Origin: Gemmatimonadota bacterium
GTDB taxonomy: Bacteria; Gemmatimonadota; Gemmatimonadetes; Palauibacterales; Palauibacteraceae
Direction of reading: 5' to 3'
Length of the DNA stretch: 64,000 bases
Assembly (NCBI GenBank): GCA_963666735.1
Contig: OY762926.1
Span: 896,001-960,000 of the forward strand
Shown here: piece after piece, positions 60,179 to 64,000 of the stretch
How positions within the stretch are numbered: position 1 is the stretch's first letter
Layout: every line of letters begins with the position of its first letter
Notes under the pieces: model-generated
Database searches by the model: none
What the model was told of the DNA's origin: nothing
What the model saw: the letters and a program-made list of their open reading frames with translations, nothing else
Translations under genes and position numbers: made by a program

Positions 60179-61218
60179 GGCGTCAGCCGCGTGAGAAGAT
60201 CGGAGGTCCAGTCGACGATGGAGACGACCTTGTCGTACGGCATGCGCGTGGGTCCGATCACGCCGACCGTGCCCTGCAGGCTGCCGACGACATAATTGGC
60301 CGTGACGATGGTGAGGTCATCGAGCTCGGGCTGGCCGTGCTCGGCTCCGATCGTGACATGCGGACCGTCCGAGCCGCCGCGGTCCCCGAGCACGGAGGCG
60401 AGCAGCTCCCGGCGCTCCGTGAGGAGCAGGAGATCGCGCAGGCGCCGGCTCGTCGTGAACTCCGGCTGCTCGGTCAGCGCCGCGGCGCTCCCGAGGTGGA
60501 TCTCACGCTCGCGGCGGGCCCAATCGAAGATGTCAGGACCGCTGTGCACGAAGATGTTCATCAATTCCTGGGCGCCGCGGTTGTTGAAACTCAGGTCGCC
60601 CAGCCGCTCGTGCAGCGTCGCCTGGATCTCGGAGATGGCGCTGCCCGCCAGCCGCTCGTTCAGCGCCTGCGACACCGCCTGGAGCGTCTCCCGCGGCACC
60701 CGGGTCGTCACGTCCACGTACACGGTGCGAACCACGCCGGACTCGATCGTGAACACCAGGAGCACCTTCTCGCTCGAAAGCGGCACGAGTTCAAGCCGCT
60801 CCAGCGTGGCCGTGGCGAGCGTCGGTCCCACCGCGAGGCCGAGTTCCCCCGTAAGCAGGCTGAGGACACGCGCCGCCTTGCCCACGAGATCCTCGACACC
60901 GCCCGCGTCGGCGTCCGCCAGTTCGCGTTCGATCGTCGCCCGGTCCCGCTTCCGGATGCTGCCCCAGCGCATGAGCGCATCGACGTAGTACCGGTAGGCG
61001 AGGTCTGTGGGAAGCCGTCCGGCGGAAGTGTAGGGGTGGCTCAGCAGGCCCTTCCTCTCGAGATCCGCCATCGTGTTGCGGATCGTCGCAGGCGACACGC
61101 CGAGCGCGTACTCCTTCCCGATCCGCCGCGAGCCGGCCGGGGCCGCCGTGCGGATGAAGGAGTCGATGACCGCCGCGAGGACGGCCCGTTCGCGCTCTGT
61201 CAGTGTTGGCAGGGTCAT
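60175..61218 (-). CDS. hrcA: Heat-inducible transcription repressor HrcA
   Basis: SPATIRNTMADLE, PYTSAGRLPT, YRYYVD and GVIGPTRMPY. Confidence 0.97.
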   Translation of the reverse strand: MTLPTLTERERAVLAAVIDSFIRTAAPAGSRRIGKEYALGVSPATIRNTMADLERKGLLSHPYTSAGRLPTDLAYRYYVDALMRWGSIRKRDRATIERELADADAGGVEDLVGKAARVLSLLTGELGLAVGPTLATATLERLELVPLSSEKVLLVFTIESGVVRTVYVDVTTRVPRETLQAVSQALNERLAGSAISEIQATLHERLGDLSFNNRGAQELMNIFVHSGPDIFDWARREREIHLGSAAALTEQPEFTTSRRLRDLLLLTERRELLASVLGDRGGSDGPHVTIGAEHGQPELDDLTIVTANYVVGSLQGTVGVIGPTRMPYDKVVSIVDWTSDLLTRLTP

Positions 61219-62369
61219 ACTCTCTCAGCCCCGGCGAGTTCGGCGGCGATCGTGTCCAGACGGAGCCAGCCTTCGACCGTCGCCATCCAGCGTCCGTTCC
61301 GCTCCTCCATCCACCCGGCGTCGGCCCAGTCGTCGAAGCCGAGTCCGCCCGACGAGATCCCGTGCACGAAATCGGGCGTCAATCCGCGATTCGTACGAAG
61401 GCCCAGCCAGATCCGTTCCAGTTCCTCCTCTTCCGGCCCCACGCGTTCCCAGCCTTCGAGCGGGCCGCGGCCCTCCTGCAGCGCGCGTTCATACCGGTCC
61501 CAGCGGAAGACGTTCCAACTGCGGATCGGCGGGAGGAATCCATGCGCGGACGGGCCGAGGGCAAGATACGACGTTCGGTTCCAGTACGACCAGTTGTGGC
61601 GGCACTGCTCTCCGGGCCGGGCGAAGTTGGACACCTCGTACTGCTCATACCCGGCCGCACGCAGGTCGCGCGAAAGGAGTCGGTACTCGCTCGCGTAGCG
61701 CTCCTCATCCGGCGCCCCCACCCGGCCCAGGCGGATCCATTCGGCCAACGGCGTGCGAGGTTCCACGGTCAGGCCGTAAAGACTCAGGTGAGACACGTCG
61801 AGCGTGGCGACGGCTTCCACCTCCGCCTCGATGTCTCGCGTCACTTCCGGGGGGAGACCGAAGATCAGGTCCACGCTCACGCGTTCGAATCCGGCGTCGC
61901 TCGCCTCCGCGACGGCTTCCGTGGCCCGGCGCCGGTCGTGAAGTCGGCCCAGCCACGTCAGAACCGCATCGTCCAAGGCCTGCACGCCGAGACTGAGCCG
62001 GTTAACGCCCGTCGACCGCCAGCTCGAACCGATGCGCGCATCGAAGGACGCGGGGTTTGCCTCCGCCGTCCATTCCGTGTGCGCGGGGTCGATGCGGAAC
62101 CAGGCGGAGATTCGCGAGGCCAACTCTTCCATCCCGGCGGCTCCCATGAGCGAAGGCGTCCCGCCTCCGACAAAGATCGTGTCGAGTGTGTCCCCCGGAT
62201 CCCATCCATTGCGCTCGAACCACCAGGCGAGTTCGACCTCGATCGCGGCGAGCCAGCGGGACACCGGCGGGGCGGGCGCGCGCTGGACGGAGAAATCGCA
62301 GTAGTGACAGCGATGCGCGCAGAATGGAAAGTGCACGTACAGGGAGCGTGGCGGGCGCCGGCCGGACAT
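61215..62369 (-). CDS. hemW: Radical SAM heme chaperone HemW (HemN-like)
   Basis: YVHFPFCAHRCHYCDF, GGGTPS, RLSLGVQ and YEVSNFA. Start trimmed to ATG 62369. Confidence 0.92.
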   Translation of the reverse strand: MSGRRPPRSLYVHFPFCAHRCHYCDFSVQRAPAPPVSRWLAAIEVELAWWFERNGWDPGDTLDTIFVGGGTPSLMGAAGMEELASRISAWFRIDPAHTEWTAEANPASFDARIGSSWRSTGVNRLSLGVQALDDAVLTWLGRLHDRRRATEAVAEASDAGFERVSVDLIFGLPPEVTRDIEAEVEAVATLDVSHLSLYGLTVEPRTPLAEWIRLGRVGAPDEERYASEYRLLSRDLRAAGYEQYEVSNFARPGEQCRHNWSYWNRTSYLALGPSAHGFLPPIRSWNVFRWDRYERALQEGRGPLEGWERVGPEEEELERIWLGLRTNRGLTPDFVHGISSGGLGFDDWADAGWMEERNGRWMATVEGWLRLDTIAAELAGAERV

Positions 62370-63592
62370 CAGCGACCGCCCCGCCGCCGGACGGCGGCGA
62401 AGTTCCCTCCCGGCCGGCGCTCGACCCACCCTTCGAGCTCCAGCTGTCCCAGTCCGCCAAGCACTTTCGCGACGGGCATCTCGAGACCGACGGCCAGTTC
62501 ATCCGGCGAGCGGGGTCCCCGGGACAGCGCTCCGAGCAGGCGCCGGTCGCCGGAGGACCCGTCGACCGCCGGGGCGGAGCCTTCTCCCGATGGCGGCGAT
62601 TGCGGAAATTCCGGCGATTGCGGCTCGAGGCACAGCCAGCCCAGGGCGTCGAACACGTCCTGCACGCCGGCCACGAGCCCGGCGCCCTGCCGCAAGAGGC
62701 GAAGGCACCCGGCCGCGCCCGGATCATCGATCCGCCCGGGCACCGCGAGCACCTCCCGCCCCAGGTCCAGCGCATGGTCCGCCGTGTTCAAGGCACCGCT
62801 CCTTCCACCCGCCTCCACGACGATGACGCCCCGGGCGAGGGCGGCGATCACCCGGTTGCGGCGCGGGAACGCCGAACGCGCCGGGGGCGTCCGCGGCTCG
62901 AACTCGCTCAGCAGGATGCCGTGCGAACGCATCCTCCGGTACAGGTCCCGGTTCTCCGGCGGATATTCGCGATCGTGCCCGGTCCCGAGAACCCCGATGG
63001 TCGGCCCCCCGGCGTCGAGGGCGCCGGCGTGCGCCGCGGCATCGATGCCCCGCGCCATGCCGCTTACGACCGTCCAGCCCCAGCGTCCGAGTTCCCTTCC
63101 CAGGGTGTAGGCCGTACGCAGCCCGTAGGACGAAGCCGCCCGCGTGCCGACGACCGCGATCGTCCGCTCGGAATCCGGCACCCCGGCGCCACGCTGGAAG
63201 AGCACGGGGGGCGGATCGGGGAGATCGCGCAGTCCCGGGGCATATGCGGCCTCCCCACAGCCGGTGTATCCCGCCACGCAGAGCCCTTTCGCCCGCGCTT
63301 CGCGCAGGAGCGACCGCGCCCCCCCCTCGCCGGCGGGGCCGAGGGCTCCGGCCGTTCTCGCGACCGGAATCCGCCCGCCCCCGCGGAGCGCGCGCAGCTG
63401 GTCCGGCGAGAGGCGGCGCAGCGCCTCGAGCGCCTTCGATGCGCCGCCATGGCGGTCGACCAGACGCCGGACGCGACGCAGCCCGATGCCGGGGGCGCGG
63501 GCCAGGACGACGAGCGCCGCCAGTTCCCCATCCATCGCGCGCTCCGCCACCGAACGCTGCCCCGCCGAACGCTTCTCCGTCACGGACGCCAC
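62369..63592 (-). CDS. dprA: DNA-processing protein DprA
   Basis: [37 protein letters not shown] and AVPG, with a C-terminal winged helix. Confidence 0.95.
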   Translation of the reverse strand: MASVTEKRSAGQRSVAERAMDGELAALVVLARAPGIGLRRVRRLVDRHGGASKALEALRRLSPDQLRALRGGGRIPVARTAGALGPAGEGGARSLLREARAKGLCVAGYTGCGEAAYAPGLRDLPDPPPVLFQRGAGVPDSERTIAVVGTRAASSYGLRTAYTLGRELGRWGWTVVSGMARGIDAAAHAGALDAGGPTIGVLGTGHDREYPPENRDLYRRMRSHGILLSEFEPRTPPARSAFPRRNRVIAALARGVIVVEAGGRSGALNTADHALDLGREVLAVPGRIDDPGAAGCLRLLRQGAGLVAGVQDVFDALGWLCLEPQSPEFPQSPPSGEGSAPAVDGSSGDRRLLGALSRGPRSPDELAVGLEMPVAKVLGGLGQLELEGWVERRPGGNFAAVRRRGGR

Positions 63593-64000
63593 GCCTCGCC
63601 GCTCTCGAACGGGTCCGCTTCGGTCTCCTCCGCCGCGATCTCCTTCTCCCGCTTCACGCGCGCCCAGAGACCCTCGAGCGCACCATCGAGGCCGACTCCG
63701 GTCACGGCCGAGATCGTGAACTGCCCCCAGCTCCCGGGAGCATCGACCGACACCGGCGGTTGCGGCGCGCCGGGAGTCAAATCGGCTTTCGTCAGGAGCA
63801 CGCAGTGCGAGATGCCGGCCAGCGCCGCGTCGTGCGCCCGCAGTTCCTCGCGCAGCAAATCGTACGTCGCCTGCGGATCTTCGTCGTCCAGCGGCACGAG
63901 GAGGGCGAGGGTGCGCGTCCGTTCGATGTGCCGCAGGAACTGCGTGCCCAGGCCGCGCCCCTCGTGTGCTCCTTCGATGATGCCCGGGATGTCCGCCATC
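63580..64000 (-). CDS. obgE: GTPase ObgE, C-terminal part (5' end outside the window)
   Basis: [29 protein letters not shown] and ISAVTG. Confidence 0.93.
   Translation of the reverse strand, partial: MADIPGIIEGAHEGRGLGTQFLRHIERTRTLALLVPLDDEDPQATYDLLREELRAHDAALAGISHCVLLTKADLTPGAPQPPVSVDAPGSWGQFTISAVTGVGLDGALEGLWARVKREKEIAAEETEADPFESGEAWRP

Noticed and set aside
60175..62400. CIRCE element near hrcA/dnaJ
   Set aside because: No TTAGCACTC-N9-GAGTGCTAA match was seen. hrcA overlaps hemW, leaving no intergenic space.

Overview
A very GC-rich, densely packed bacterial core-genome window with most genes on the minus strand. Gene content and order suggest a Gemmatimonadota-type organism, but that is inference. 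It holds the rimP-nusA-L7Ae-infB-DUF503-rbfA-truB-ribF and rpsO-pnp cluster, murA-pgeF, serS-sensor kinase-pcrA, a manC-like/GlmU-like/MBL operon, tRNA-Met-thiI-uppS-cdsA-dxr-rseP, eno-ftsB, nnr-thiL-plsC, an operon with a Rex box (rex, DEDDh exonuclease, thiolase, CPBP, hbd, acyl-CoA dehydrogenase, glyA), rsmE-HIT-mutS2-dnaG-Zn ribbon-rsmD-coaD-pta-STAS-kinase/phosphatase fusion-rsmA, tkt-rpiB-tal, and obgE-dprA-hemW-hrcA-dnaJ. The only mobile DNA is two near-identical 1645-bp IS1182-family elements in inverted orientation, each inserted in a CTAG that supplies the TAG stop of a host gene. I saw no CRISPR array, prophage or defence island, and no clear new multi-gene system. The best leads are: an in-frame TGA with a downstream stem-loop in otherwise intact pgeF; five helically phased 11-bp repeats in the murA divergent promoter; a one-chain anti-sigma kinase plus PP2C phosphatase preceded by a chain of overlapping mini-ORFs; the stop-codon-targeting IS; and recurrent micro-duplications of start and stop signals at gene junctions. 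All family calls come from motif recognition by eye, with no database searches.
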